Shown here in pieces: positions 11,902 through 20,240 of a stretch of 64,000 nucleotides of DNA (positions within the stretch are counted from its first letter, which is position 1; each line of letters opens with the position of its first letter). A program made the translations under genes and the position numbers. The notes beneath the pieces were generated by a model. It did no database searches and was not told the DNA's origin. It worked only from the letters and a program-made list of their open reading frames with translations. The stretch comes from Candidatus Cloacimonadales bacterium (GTDB lineage Bacteria > Cloacimonadota > Cloacimonadia > Cloacimonadales > JAIOQZ01): assembly GCA_963674825.1 (NCBI GenBank), contig OY771587.1:672001-736000 (forward strand). The letters run 5' to 3'.

Positions 11902-11958
11902 CGTGCCTCCTCATCCGGGACGACTTTTATAGATGCAATTCGGGTGCCGAAAGTGGAA

Positions 11959-12921
11959 TCAGGTAAGGTTAAGTTTTTGGCGGATAAGATGACAGGTATC
12001 GGCGAAACGACGGGCGTCGTCAGCGCCTCGGGGAAAGTTCGGCTGGATGCCTTCGGCTTTCAGGAAGCGCATGAATTCCCGCAGCGTCTTTCCTTCCTGC
12101 CCATCGTAGGAGCTATCGGGAATCAGCCGTGCATGAACGCCATCGGGATCGATCACAGTCCGGTATCTCCTGCGCATGAATAGCGGACGCAGCTTGAGCG
12201 CATACAGGAGAAGGTTCGCGCCTGCAACGGACGACATGCTCTCGTATTTACGCTTCTTGAACTGCATGTACTGATCGTAATCGATGGGATCGGCAGCGCC
12301 TTCGTGAAGTAGCCATCCGGTTTCCGGGAAAAAGTGGTTGTTGTAACCGCCGAAGGTGAGCCTGACGCCATAATCGGTGTCTTCCCAGGAATACTGCCCG
12401 TAATCGGTGCACCAGTACCCGAATTTCCGAAAGATTTCCTTTCGGATCATTACCGCGCCGCCGTATATCTCCGACTGATTGGCCGGTGTGCTGACTTTCG
12501 TGTCCGATGCGATCCTGGTTTGAGATGTCCTCCGGTTTTCGTGCTGAAAGAAGTCATAGGACAGCGCGCCGAAGTCGCTGTTCTGGGCTGCATCGACAAT
12601 CTCGATCATCTTCTTGAGCCACCCTGTCCGGGCCACCACAATATCGTTATCCATGCGTAGATAATATGGTGTATCGACGAGGTCCCATCCCGCATTTGCA
12701 GCGGCAGAGAGGCCATAGTTTCGATCCAGGAGAAGAAGATTATCGATCGCGCCTTTATCACGTTGTTCAAGAAGCCATTCACGGGAGCCATCATCGCTGT
12801 TATTGTCGATCACAGTCAGGATATAGGGATAAGCTGTATTGCTGCGGATGCTATGGAGCGAAGGCTTTGTGCGCTCGATACGATTGAAGGTGACGATTAC
12901 CAGGTGGACGGCTTTGGTCAT
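11959..12921 (-). CDS. Glycosyltransferase family 2
   Basis: VIVTFNR, VIDNNSDDGS, NYGLSAAANAG, MDND, WEDTDY. Confidence 0.88.
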   Translation of the reverse strand: MTKAVHLVIVTFNRIERTKPSLHSIRSNTAYPYILTVIDNNSDDGSREWLLEQRDKGAIDNLLLLDRNYGLSAAANAGWDLVDTPYYLRMDNDIVVARTGWLKKMIEIVDAAQNSDFGALSYDFFQHENRRTSQTRIASDTKVSTPANQSEIYGGAVMIRKEIFRKFGYWCTDYGQYSWEDTDYGVRLTFGGYNNHFFPETGWLLHEGAADPIDYDQYMQFKKRKYESMSSVAGANLLLYALKLRPLFMRRRYRTVIDPDGVHARLIPDSSYDGQEGKTLREFMRFLKAEGIQPNFPRGADDARRFADTCHLIRQKLNLT

Positions 12922-13829
12922 GCGGTCTCGAGTTCTCGGATTTTCACCAAATACTTTCTGGCTGCCTGCAGGAACGGAGCTTTGAGCTCCGGAGCATCAA
13001 ATTGGTTGGCGACCCGCATGAAGCTGGTTACATAATGGTTGTAAAGTTCAGATTCGGAGTGGGCGTAGTCTGGGCTGTGAATCTCGGGAGCGTGATGATC
13101 GATTACGTATTCCATGAGGTTCATGGTCGTCTTGAGGCGCGGCAGCATGTTTCGGCAGATTTGCGCTTCATGGCTGCGCTTGAAGTAGTCCTGTAGGCTA
13201 TCGAGCATCCGAAAGCGAACGTTGAGAGCATTGCGTACGACCCACGCGGTGTCACCGAAATTCTCCAGCTCGCCATCAAAAGTACCGTATTTCTCGAATA
13301 CCTCCCTGCGAACCAATGCGCCGGTGTGTGGAATCCCTCCGATAGTAGTTTCCAGAAAGAGCTTCAAGAGGTTCTTGCGCTCGCTGAGCGAATAATCCAG
13401 ATAACGCCAGATACGATTGGTAACGGTTCCGTCTTCCTCGATCACCAGAAGCTTTTCGGGGTAGTAGTAATCGAAATCTTGACGCTGGTTAATCGCCGCC
13501 ATACCACGTTCGAGATATTTTGGCGAGATATAATCGTCCGAATCGATGTACATGACCAATTCACCACGCGCTTCAGCCAAGCCACGATTCTTGGTATCCC
13601 AGCAGCGGGTGTGCGGCTTTCGGATAAGCCGGATACGTTCGTCGTCGAACGACGACACGATCTCAACGGTACGGTCGGTCGATCCGTCATCGACGATCAC
13701 CAACTCCCAGTCAGTATAATGCTGGTGTAGCACCGATTCAACGGCTCTCGCGATGTAACGTTCACGGTTGAACACCGCGATAATAACGCTTACCTTTGGC
13801 TTTTGATCAATTGGAGGTACTGATTCCAT
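12918..13829 (-). CDS. Glycosyltransferase family 2
   Basis: VSVIIAVFN, IVDDGSTD, NRGL..ARGE, IDSDD. Confidence 0.9.
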   Translation of the reverse strand: MESVPPIDQKPKVSVIIAVFNRERYIARAVESVLHQHYTDWELVIVDDGSTDRTVEIVSSFDDERIRLIRKPHTRCWDTKNRGLAEARGELVMYIDSDDYISPKYLERGMAAINQRQDFDYYYPEKLLVIEEDGTVTNRIWRYLDYSLSERKNLLKLFLETTIGGIPHTGALVRREVFEKYGTFDGELENFGDTAWVVRNALNVRFRMLDSLQDYFKRSHEAQICRNMLPRLKTTMNLMEYVIDHHAPEIHSPDYAHSESELYNHYVTSFMRVANQFDAPELKAPFLQAARKYLVKIRELETA

Positions 13830-14302
13830 AAAGCTTCGAGCTCCTCTCTTTCCACGCCCAGCTTGCTCATGACGCCGAAGATCGACGCCGTACCTTGCTG
13901 AGCGAGGCAGGTGTTACTGCGTGTCAGGTGAATGTTTCCCTGCTGGTCAAACCAGAATGGATACATCCGGCAGTAGAAAGGCCTCGCATCCTTACTGAGG
14001 GAACAACCCTCATCTGTTAGGAAGACACAGGTTCCATGATCAGTCATCAATCGCACCCTCTTCCCTTCGCGGAGAATCTCTGCCTGGGGAGGAAACCAGG
14101 TGGCGAGTTCTTTCACAAAATCGCTGCGCGGCGTATCCGTAACCGTAAATTGCGATGAAGTCATGCCGGTGTCAAGAGAGATTCTTTCGATCTCTTGAGG
14201 CAACAGACCGAACATGAAGCTTTCATAGCCCGGCTCGATCCGGCAGCAACCATCGCCACGGAGGTGGCATGTCGCGCATATGGGGGGATTGATGTTGTTC
14301 AT
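13790..14302 (-). CDS. YkgJ/CxxCxxCC cysteine-cluster protein (family includes FliB-like flagellin N-methylases)
   Basis: CATC..GCC, CVFL..GCS, RPFYCRMYPF. Confidence 0.8.
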   Translation of the reverse strand: MNNINPPICATCHLRGDGCCRIEPGYESFMFGLLPQEIERISLDTGMTSSQFTVTDTPRSDFVKELATWFPPQAEILREGKRVRLMTDHGTCVFLTDEGCSLSKDARPFYCRMYPFWFDQQGNIHLTRSNTCLAQQGTASIFGVMSKLGVEREELEALWNQYLQLIKSQR

Positions 14303-14318
14303 GATATCCTGTAGTGGT

Positions 14319-14350
14319 AAAAAAAGGCTGTCGCGTCCAACAGCCTTTTA
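14319..14350 (-). terminator. Intrinsic terminator-like hairpin
   Basis: aaaaggctgt-tggacgcg-acagcc-ttttttt on the minus strand; U-tracts on both sides. Confidence 0.75.
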
Positions 14351-14456
14351 ATGTCTGTTCGCTCGTTTTGCGAAGATCACGTCGTGATGAGATCACCTTC
14401 TCGATACCGCCTGCTTCCGCATCTTCTTCCCTGAATCCGGCGGTGATGAGATTTAT

Positions 14457-14483
14457 AAAATGGGCGGAGCGTCCCCCGCCCAT
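14457..14483 (-). terminator. Intrinsic terminator-like hairpin after the flagellin remnant
   Basis: atgggcgg-gggacgct-ccgcccat-ttt on the minus strand. Confidence 0.65.
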
Positions 14484-14492
14484 CTGGTTCGG

Positions 14493-14638
14493 TTAGCCTA
14501 GCACTCCCAATGCCGTCTTGCGAGTCGAACCCGCGACGACATTGCCACAGCAGATTTGCCAAAATTAATCTACATGAGTAGATTTGATATCGCATTTGGG
14601 GCACGTCCAAGCCACTTAGTACTGTTGATTACGAGAGA
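14493..14638 (-). pseudogene. Vestigial flagellin (first 5 codons joined to a degenerate C-terminus)
   Basis: TCTCTCGTAATCAAC (SLVIN) is a 14/15 match to the flagellin starts; then DV.QM..ILA/SAVAM/KTALGVLG* across frameshifts, compared with DVATEM..ILTQSAVSM..QMALQLLG*; no ATG or SD. Confidence 0.65.
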
Positions 14639-14885
14639 CTGTCTTTCAAGTCTGTTGCCGGTAACTTAGTTACCGGAGTTTGTAAAAAAACTCCAGCTGT
14701 GGTTATGTGCAAGAACCGACAACCAAAACAGTAAAACGTGTTTCTGGACACTCCCCTTCACGAGGGAGTATTACTCCCGTTGAGTGCTTACGCAGCTCTT
14801 GTGCGAGTGACACGTGGATTATAACGGTTATGCAGCGCGAAGAGGATTCTCGGCAAACCCTTCCCCGAGCAAGTACAACCTGTTA

Positions 14886-15845
14886 TTATCCGATAAGGCT
14901 GAGAGCCAATTGCGGCAGTGAATTAGCCTGTGCCAACATACTTACCGCAGACTGGGTGAGAATCTGATTTCTGACGAAGGACGTCATTTCAGTTGCCACA
15001 TCGACATCTGAAATACGAGATTCGGCAGCCTGGACATTCTCCGCCTGAATTGACAGGTTGGAGATGGTGTTTTCCAGACGGTTCTGAACTGCACCCAGTG
15101 CAGCACGCGCGTTTTCTTTACGCAACATCGCGGTGTTGATGGTTTCCAGCGCCATCTGTGCAGCATGCTGTGTACTAACAGCAGCATCTGCCGCACCGAC
15201 TCCAAGGGCGCTGGTGCGCATGTCACCGATTCTGATGAAGTAGTAGTCTTCCGCACGTGAGTTTTCAGGCCCGAAGTGGATCTTGGCACCACCGGTAACA
15301 TTACCGTTGGCGTCGTAGGTACCATTTACTTCCTGCCAGCCGCTACTGTTGGTAAACATACCTTCAGTTGCGGTCCAGGTGTTGTTTGAGGTCCAGGATC
15401 CACCGGATCCGGCGATTGAAACGTTACCATTCAGCAGCTTAACGCCGTTGAAGTCGGTAGCGTTGGCGATACGGTCGATTTCCGCCGCCATAGCTGCGAA
15501 CTCGGAATGGATAATCAAACGCTGAGCGTTTGTATACGTACCGGTTGCGGCCTGTTCAGCCAGTTCCTTCATACGGATCAGTTTTTCGTCGATAACGGCC
15601 ATCGCGCCTTCGGCGGTCTGGATCATCGAGATACCGTCCTGAGCGTTTCTGATTCCCTGGTTAAGGGAAGCGATTTCCGCACGCATACCTTCGCGGATTG
15701 CCAGTCCCGCTGCGTCGTCCGCAGCAGAATTGATACGCAGACCCGTCGAGAGTCTTTCTACGGAAGTGCTCAGATTACCATATGAGTTTGTAAGGTTTCT
15801 GGCTGTGTTCATCGCCATCATGTTGTGGTTGATTACGAGTGACAT
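14886..15845 (-). CDS. fliC: Flagellin (copy 1)
   Basis: MSLVINHN..ERLSTGLRINSAADDAAGLAI; LGAVQNRLE..AAESRISDVD..MLAQAN; start at 15845 after AAGGAGG. Confidence 0.96.
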   Translation of the reverse strand: MSLVINHNMMAMNTARNLTNSYGNLSTSVERLSTGLRINSAADDAAGLAIREGMRAEIASLNQGIRNAQDGISMIQTAEGAMAVIDEKLIRMKELAEQAATGTYTNAQRLIIHSEFAAMAAEIDRIANATDFNGVKLLNGNVSIAGSGGSWTSNNTWTATEGMFTNSSGWQEVNGTYDANGNVTGGAKIHFGPENSRAEDYYFIRIGDMRTSALGVGAADAAVSTQHAAQMALETINTAMLRKENARAALGAVQNRLENTISNLSIQAENVQAAESRISDVDVATEMTSFVRNQILTQSAVSMLAQANSLPQLALSLIG

Positions 15846-15855
15846 CTTTTCCTCC

Positions 15856-15956
15856 TTGATTGGTTGTTGGGGCATCCATGCTGCTATACGACACTTGTCT
15901 TATATAGCAGTGGTTTTGGCAATCTGCTATTACCTAGGCCAAACCAAACCAATCAA
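15856..15956 (-). promoter_or_regulatory. Structured 5' leader of flagellin 1 with CsrA-type GGA hairpin
   Basis: UUGAUUGGUU pairs with AACCAAUCAA next to the SD; two internal stems; GCAUGGAUGC hairpin at 15872-15881. Confidence 0.65.
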
Positions 15957-15982
15957 ATGAAAGGAGACTATAACATCACACG

Positions 15983-16942
15983 TTAACCAATCAGACTGAG
16001 GGCCATTTGCGGTAGGGAGTTAGCTTGAGCCAACATACTGACTGCAGATTGGGTCAGGATCTGATTCCTGACGAATTGCGTCATTTCGGTTGCCACGTCG
16101 ACATCCGATACACGCGATTCGGCAGCTTGAACGTTCTCTGCCTGGATAGACAGGTTCGAGATCGTGTTTTCCAAACGGTTCTGAACGGCACCAAGTGCTG
16201 CACGAGCGTTTTCCTTTCGCAACATTGCAGTATTGATCGTTTCAAGAGCCATCTGCGCAGAGTGCTGTGTACTCACAGCGACGTCCGCAGAGCCAACGCC
16301 AAGGGCGCTGGTTCGCATATCGCCGATGCGGATGAAGTAATAGTCTTCGGTACGGCTATTGCCAGTACCAAAGTGAATCTTCGCGCCACCGGTAATATTA
16401 CCGTTTGCGTCGAAGCTTCCGTTTACTTCCTGCCAGCCACTGCTGTTGGTAAACATTCCTTCGCTTGCTGTCCAGGTGTTGTTCGCGTTCCATGAACCAC
16501 TAGTTCCTGCGACGGAAACATTACCGTTAAGAAGCTTTACACCGTTGAAATCGGTAGCGTTGGCAATACGGTCGATTTCCGCTGCCATTGCTGCGAACTC
16601 GGAATGGATAATCAAACGTTGTTCGTTTGTATATGTACCGGTCGCTGCCTGTTCTGCCAATTCCTTCATACGGATCAGCTTCTCGTCGATAACTGCCATA
16701 GCGCCTTCAGCGGTCTGGATCATCGAGATACCATCTTGAGCGTTTCTGATTCCCTGGTTCAACGTTGCAATTTCTGCACGCATACCTTCACGGATCGCAA
16801 GACCCGCTGCATCATCTGCGGCGGAGTTGATACGAAGACCAGTGGAGAGACGCTCGACGGAAGTTCCCAAATTTCCATATGCCGAAGTCAGGTTTCTGGC
16901 TGTATTCATCGCCATCATGTTATGGTTGATTACGAGTGACAT
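15983..16942 (-). CDS. fliC: Flagellin (copy 2)
   Basis: Same N- and C-terminal flagellin motifs; near-identical to copy 1. Confidence 0.96.
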   Translation of the reverse strand: MSLVINHNMMAMNTARNLTSAYGNLGTSVERLSTGLRINSAADDAAGLAIREGMRAEIATLNQGIRNAQDGISMIQTAEGAMAVIDEKLIRMKELAEQAATGTYTNEQRLIIHSEFAAMAAEIDRIANATDFNGVKLLNGNVSVAGTSGSWNANNTWTASEGMFTNSSGWQEVNGSFDANGNITGGAKIHFGTGNSRTEDYYFIRIGDMRTSALGVGSADVAVSTQHSAQMALETINTAMLRKENARAALGAVQNRLENTISNLSIQAENVQAAESRVSDVDVATEMTQFVRNQILTQSAVSMLAQANSLPQMALSLIG

Positions 16943-16953
16943 CATTCCTCCTT

Positions 16954-17053
16954 GATTGGTTCTAACGGCATCCATGCGATATAAGACAAACGTCCTATAT
17001 TGCTTTGCGTTAGCTCATCTGTTGTGGGTGTTTTAGGCTAAACCAAACCAATC
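16954..17053 (-). promoter_or_regulatory. Structured 5' leader of flagellin 2 with CsrA-type GGA hairpin
   Basis: GAUUGGUU/AACCAAUC closing stem, internal stems equivalent to copy 1, GCAUGGAUGC at 16968-16977. Confidence 0.65.
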
Positions 17054-17077
17054 TATGAGGCAAAATCAGTCTCCTAA

Positions 17078-18037
17078 TTAACCAATTAAGCTCATTGCGA
17101 GCTGAGGCAGTGAGTTGGCTTGTGCCAACATACTAACTGCAGACTGGGTGATAATCTGATTTCTCACGAATTCCGCCATTTCCGTCGCTACGTCAACGTC
17201 GGAAATACGAGATTCGGAAGCCTGCAAGTTTTCTGCCTGAATGGAGATATTGCTGATCGTGTTTTCGAGACGGTTCTGAATTGCACCCAGCGCAGCACGG
17301 GCATTCTCTTTACGGAGCATAGCCGTATTGAGTGTTTCCAGTGCGAGCTGAGCAGCGTGCTGTGTACTGACGGCCGCATCTGCAGCGCCAACGCCAAGAG
17401 CGCTGGTGCGCATATCACCGATGCGGATGAAGTAGTAGTCTTCGGCACGGCTGTTGCCGGTACCAAAGTGGACCTTAGCGCCACCGATAACATTACCGGC
17501 CGCGTCTGCGGATCCATTTACTTCTTGCCAGCCACTGCTGTTGGTGTACATACCTTCATCGGAAACCCATGTGTTGTTGGCGTTCCAGGTACCATTGGTA
17601 CCACCGATGGAGACATTACCATTCAGAAGTTTAACACCGTTGAAATCAGTCGCGTTGGCGATACGGTCAATTTCCGCCGCCATAGCTGCAAACTCGGAGT
17701 GGATGATCAAACGTTGTTCGTTTGTATACGTACCGGTAGCAGCCTGTTCCGCGAGTTCCTTCATACGGATCAGCTTTTCGTCGATCACGGCCATGGCACC
17801 TTCTGCCGTCTGGATCATCGAGATCGCGTCCTGAGCGTTCCTGACGCCTTGATTGAGCGCAGCAATGTCGGATCTCATACTTTCACGGATCGCAAGACCG
17901 GCCGCGTCATCCGCGGCGGAGTTGATCCGCAATCCAGTTGAGAGCCGTTCCACTGACGTTCCAAGACGTCCGTAAGCAGCAGTAAGGTTTCGCGCCGTAT
18001 TTGCCGACATGAGATTGTGGTTAATTACGAGTGACAT
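17078..18037 (-). CDS. fliC: Flagellin (copy 3)
   Basis: Flagellin N/C domains; HFGTGNSRAEDYY central motif. Confidence 0.96.
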   Translation of the reverse strand: MSLVINHNLMSANTARNLTAAYGRLGTSVERLSTGLRINSAADDAAGLAIRESMRSDIAALNQGVRNAQDAISMIQTAEGAMAVIDEKLIRMKELAEQAATGTYTNEQRLIIHSEFAAMAAEIDRIANATDFNGVKLLNGNVSIGGTNGTWNANNTWVSDEGMYTNSSGWQEVNGSADAAGNVIGGAKVHFGTGNSRAEDYYFIRIGDMRTSALGVGAADAAVSTQHAAQLALETLNTAMLRKENARAALGAIQNRLENTISNISIQAENLQASESRISDVDVATEMAEFVRNQIITQSAVSMLAQANSLPQLAMSLIG

Positions 18038-18219
18038 TTTTTCCTCCTTGAAGATGCAAGTTTCATCCTTGTGGCAGCGATTAACCTTGGCCTGCTGTTG
18101 GAGTAGCTGTTGTGCCAGCTAACAAGTCTCATCACTTATGTTCTGGTAAAAGATCTTCTGAATTCTCGAGCGAATTCGTTAAACGCTTGGTTTAAAGGTC
18201 GTGGATGATAGCTGCGACG

Positions 18220-18247
18220 TTATCGATCATTTTCTATTTTACTTTCG
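18220..18247 (-). promoter_or_regulatory. Possible sigma-28 (FliA) promoter upstream of flagellin 3
   Basis: GAAA-N15-ATCGATAA versus consensus TAAA-N15-GCCGATAA. Confidence 0.35.
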
Positions 18248-18268
18248 TTGTACGCTGGACCGGCTAAA

Positions 18269-19231
18269 TTAGCCCAGCAACTGCAGAGCCATCTGCGGAA
18301 GAGAGTTGGCCTGTGAAAGCATCGCTGTTGCTGCTTGTGTCAGGACCTGGTTCTTCACGTATTCAGACATCTCAGTAGCCATATCGACATCGGAGATATC
18401 GGATTCGGCTGCCTGAAGGTTCTCTGCTTGCGAAGTAAGGGCGGTGATCGTGTTTTCGAGACGCGTCATCATCGAGCCAAGGTGTGCACGGTGATGTTCT
18501 TTCATCAGAATCGCGGAGTCGATTTGCTCGAGCGCCATCTGTGCCAGATGCTGTGTCGAGATCGAGATCTTCGATGCTGCCGATGCGTCCGGATCACCGA
18601 TTTGGCCAAACAGACCGTTGGTCGACATGTCACCGATATTGATGAAGTAGTAGTCTTCCAGACGATTGTTCGTGAGACCGAAGTGGATCTTCACGCCGAC
18701 ATTGTTGGCATATTCGCCATCTTCGTCGTAGTTGTTCGCAGTGAGGGTTTGAGGCCCTGACTGGAGCCATCCACCCACCGTGATGTTGTTGTGTGCGTTG
18801 GTGGACAGATCACCATTGAGGAGCTTACGTCCTGCGAACTCGGTGGCCGTGGCGATACGATCGATTTCCGCCGCCATTGCTGCAAATTCGGAGTGCATGA
18901 TCTGGCGTTGCTCATGGGTATAAGTACCCGTGGCAGCCTGTTCAGCGAGCTCTTTCATGCGGATGAGCTTTTCGTCGATAACCGCCATTGCGCCTTCGGC
19001 GGTTTCGAGCATGTTGATCGCCATCTCTGCATTCTGGATACCCTGGTGCATTACACTGATATCTGCCCGCATTTTTTCACGTACCGCAAGGCCCGCAGCG
19101 TCGTCCTTGGCGGAATTAATTCTCAGACCGGTGGAAAGGCGTTCGATGGAAGTTCCCATCTTGCTGTAGTTACTACTGAGTGCGTTGCCTGCTCTTACAG
19201 CAAACATGTTGGTGTTAATTGAAAGTCCCAT
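18269..19231 (-). CDS. fliC: Flagellin (copy 4, divergent)
   Basis: MGLSINTN..ERLSTGLRINSAKDDAAGL; MLSQANSLPQMALQLLG; start at 19231 after GGAGG. Confidence 0.95.
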   Translation of the reverse strand: MGLSINTNMFAVRAGNALSSNYSKMGTSIERLSTGLRINSAKDDAAGLAVREKMRADISVMHQGIQNAEMAINMLETAEGAMAVIDEKLIRMKELAEQAATGTYTHEQRQIMHSEFAAMAAEIDRIATATEFAGRKLLNGDLSTNAHNNITVGGWLQSGPQTLTANNYDEDGEYANNVGVKIHFGLTNNRLEDYYFINIGDMSTNGLFGQIGDPDASAASKISISTQHLAQMALEQIDSAILMKEHHRAHLGSMMTRLENTITALTSQAENLQAAESDISDVDMATEMSEYVKNQVLTQAATAMLSQANSLPQMALQLLG

Positions 19232-19254
19232 TTTCATCCTCCTTGATGTGTATT

Positions 19255-19268
19255 AGGCATCCTTGCCT
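19255..19268 (-). promoter_or_regulatory. CsrA-type GGA hairpin upstream of flagellin 4
   Basis: AGGCA-AGGA-UGCCU, followed by a CAAGGAGG SD. Confidence 0.65.
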
Positions 19269-19363
19269 TTGGGTACTTTGTTCTACCTTTGTAAGTTGTT
19301 AGTAAAGTGCTGCGTTGTGTAGGGTTCTAAATGCGGTTGATGCGGATGAAGTCGGCCGGGCCG

Positions 19364-20194
19364 TTACTTCGTAGTGTCGATGTAATGCGAATCGGGTTTC
19401 ATGGTTGCATATTTAGAAATGGCGCGCATACCCGCGTTCTTTTTACCGAGCTCTACTCTCACTTCTTCTTTCCGATTTTGCAGCTCCACGCTATTTTCGT
19501 TTTCCTTGTCAATGATCCGTCTGATTTTCAAGTTAATATCGGAAAGAATCGCATTTGCTTTAGTCTTTTTTTGAGACTCTTTTGGGAGGTTGCGGAGGAT
19601 GTCGTAATTTATTGCGCCGTGGATTTTACGGATATATTCGAGGAGCCTTTTCTTCTGGGTCATCAGCTTTCTCAGCCGGTCGAGATCTTCCACTTCGATC
19701 GCTTCGGTCTCGCGCTCGGTGCGTTCGTAATATTTCCCGTACGCGATCTCGAGGTTGCGAAGCTGGCCGACACTGAAGTCGAGCTGGAGATCCGGTTCGA
19801 TCGGAGAGACAGGGTGAGACGCCGTACCGAGATTGGCAATCTGCTGTTCGAGATCAGCAATACGTATCTTCACTTGCTCGAGATCGACGTGATCTCGATC
19901 GGAATCGTGATCGTCTGGCTCTTCGCCAATCGAATCGGTATAGAGCGTCTGCTCGATATTCTGCTTCTCAATGAGAAGTCGCCCCAGTTCGATCGTGTAG
20001 AAGATGAAATCGGAGTTGTCGATGTACTCATGCGTGGAGGCGTTCTTCTGATCTTGCTCTTCGTCCCGTTCGCCGTGCTGCTTCTCTTGAGCATGTTGAT
20101 CACGCTGCTGCTGCTGCTGCGATCCGGTACGTTCCGCGATGCGGATGCTGTGTATTTCCCGAACGCCGGGAAGTCCGTTTTCTTCCGAATACAT
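19364..20194 (-). CDS. Flagellum-associated coiled-coil protein with FliT/FlgN-like C-terminal domain
   Basis: Helical C-half (AIEVEDLDRLRKLMTQKKRLLEYI..AISKY..YID); co-oriented upstream of the flagellins; ATG 20194 after GGAG. Confidence 0.55.
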   Translation of the reverse strand: MYSEENGLPGVREIHSIRIAERTGSQQQQQRDQHAQEKQHGERDEEQDQKNASTHEYIDNSDFIFYTIELGRLLIEKQNIEQTLYTDSIGEEPDDHDSDRDHVDLEQVKIRIADLEQQIANLGTASHPVSPIEPDLQLDFSVGQLRNLEIAYGKYYERTERETEAIEVEDLDRLRKLMTQKKRLLEYIRKIHGAINYDILRNLPKESQKKTKANAILSDINLKIRRIIDKENENSVELQNRKEEVRVELGKKNAGMRAISKYATMKPDSHYIDTTK

Positions 20195-20213
20195 CGTATA
20201 ATCTCCCACTGAG

Positions 20214-20240
20214 TTATCGAAGCCGATAACGTTTTCTTAA
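20214..20240 (-). promoter_or_regulatory. Possible sigma-28 promoter overlapping an inverted repeat
   Basis: TTAA-N15-TTCGATAA on the minus strand; GTTATCG-aagc-CGATAAC palindrome. Confidence 0.45.

Noticed and set aside
14510..14545. GCGGGTTCGACTC as a tRNA/tmRNA T-arm
   Set aside because: No acceptor stem, CCA or tag frame; better explained as a hairpin in the flagellin remnant.
14223..14610. Short ORFs (86 aa, 77 aa) in the flagellin spacer
   Set aside because: They cross terminator hairpins and lack an SD; the 77-aa ORF partly reads the pseudogene.
14303..14885. c-di-GMP-I or SAM riboswitch
   Set aside because: Core conserved motifs not found by eye; an Infernal scan would be decisive.
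15882..15909. TATATAGCA in the flagellin 1 leader as a glucan-regulator operator
   Set aside because: It is one arm of an RNA stem and is not conserved in sequence in the copy 2 leader.
15925..18116. Sigma-54 promoters upstream of flagellins 1 and 3
   Set aside because: GG-GC spacing is 11 rather than 10 for copy 1, and the -12 GC is absent (TGGCAC-N5-CTAC) for copy 3.
19331..20212. 293-aa plus-strand ORF
   Set aside because: Antisense to the FliT-like gene, which has an SD and fits the context.
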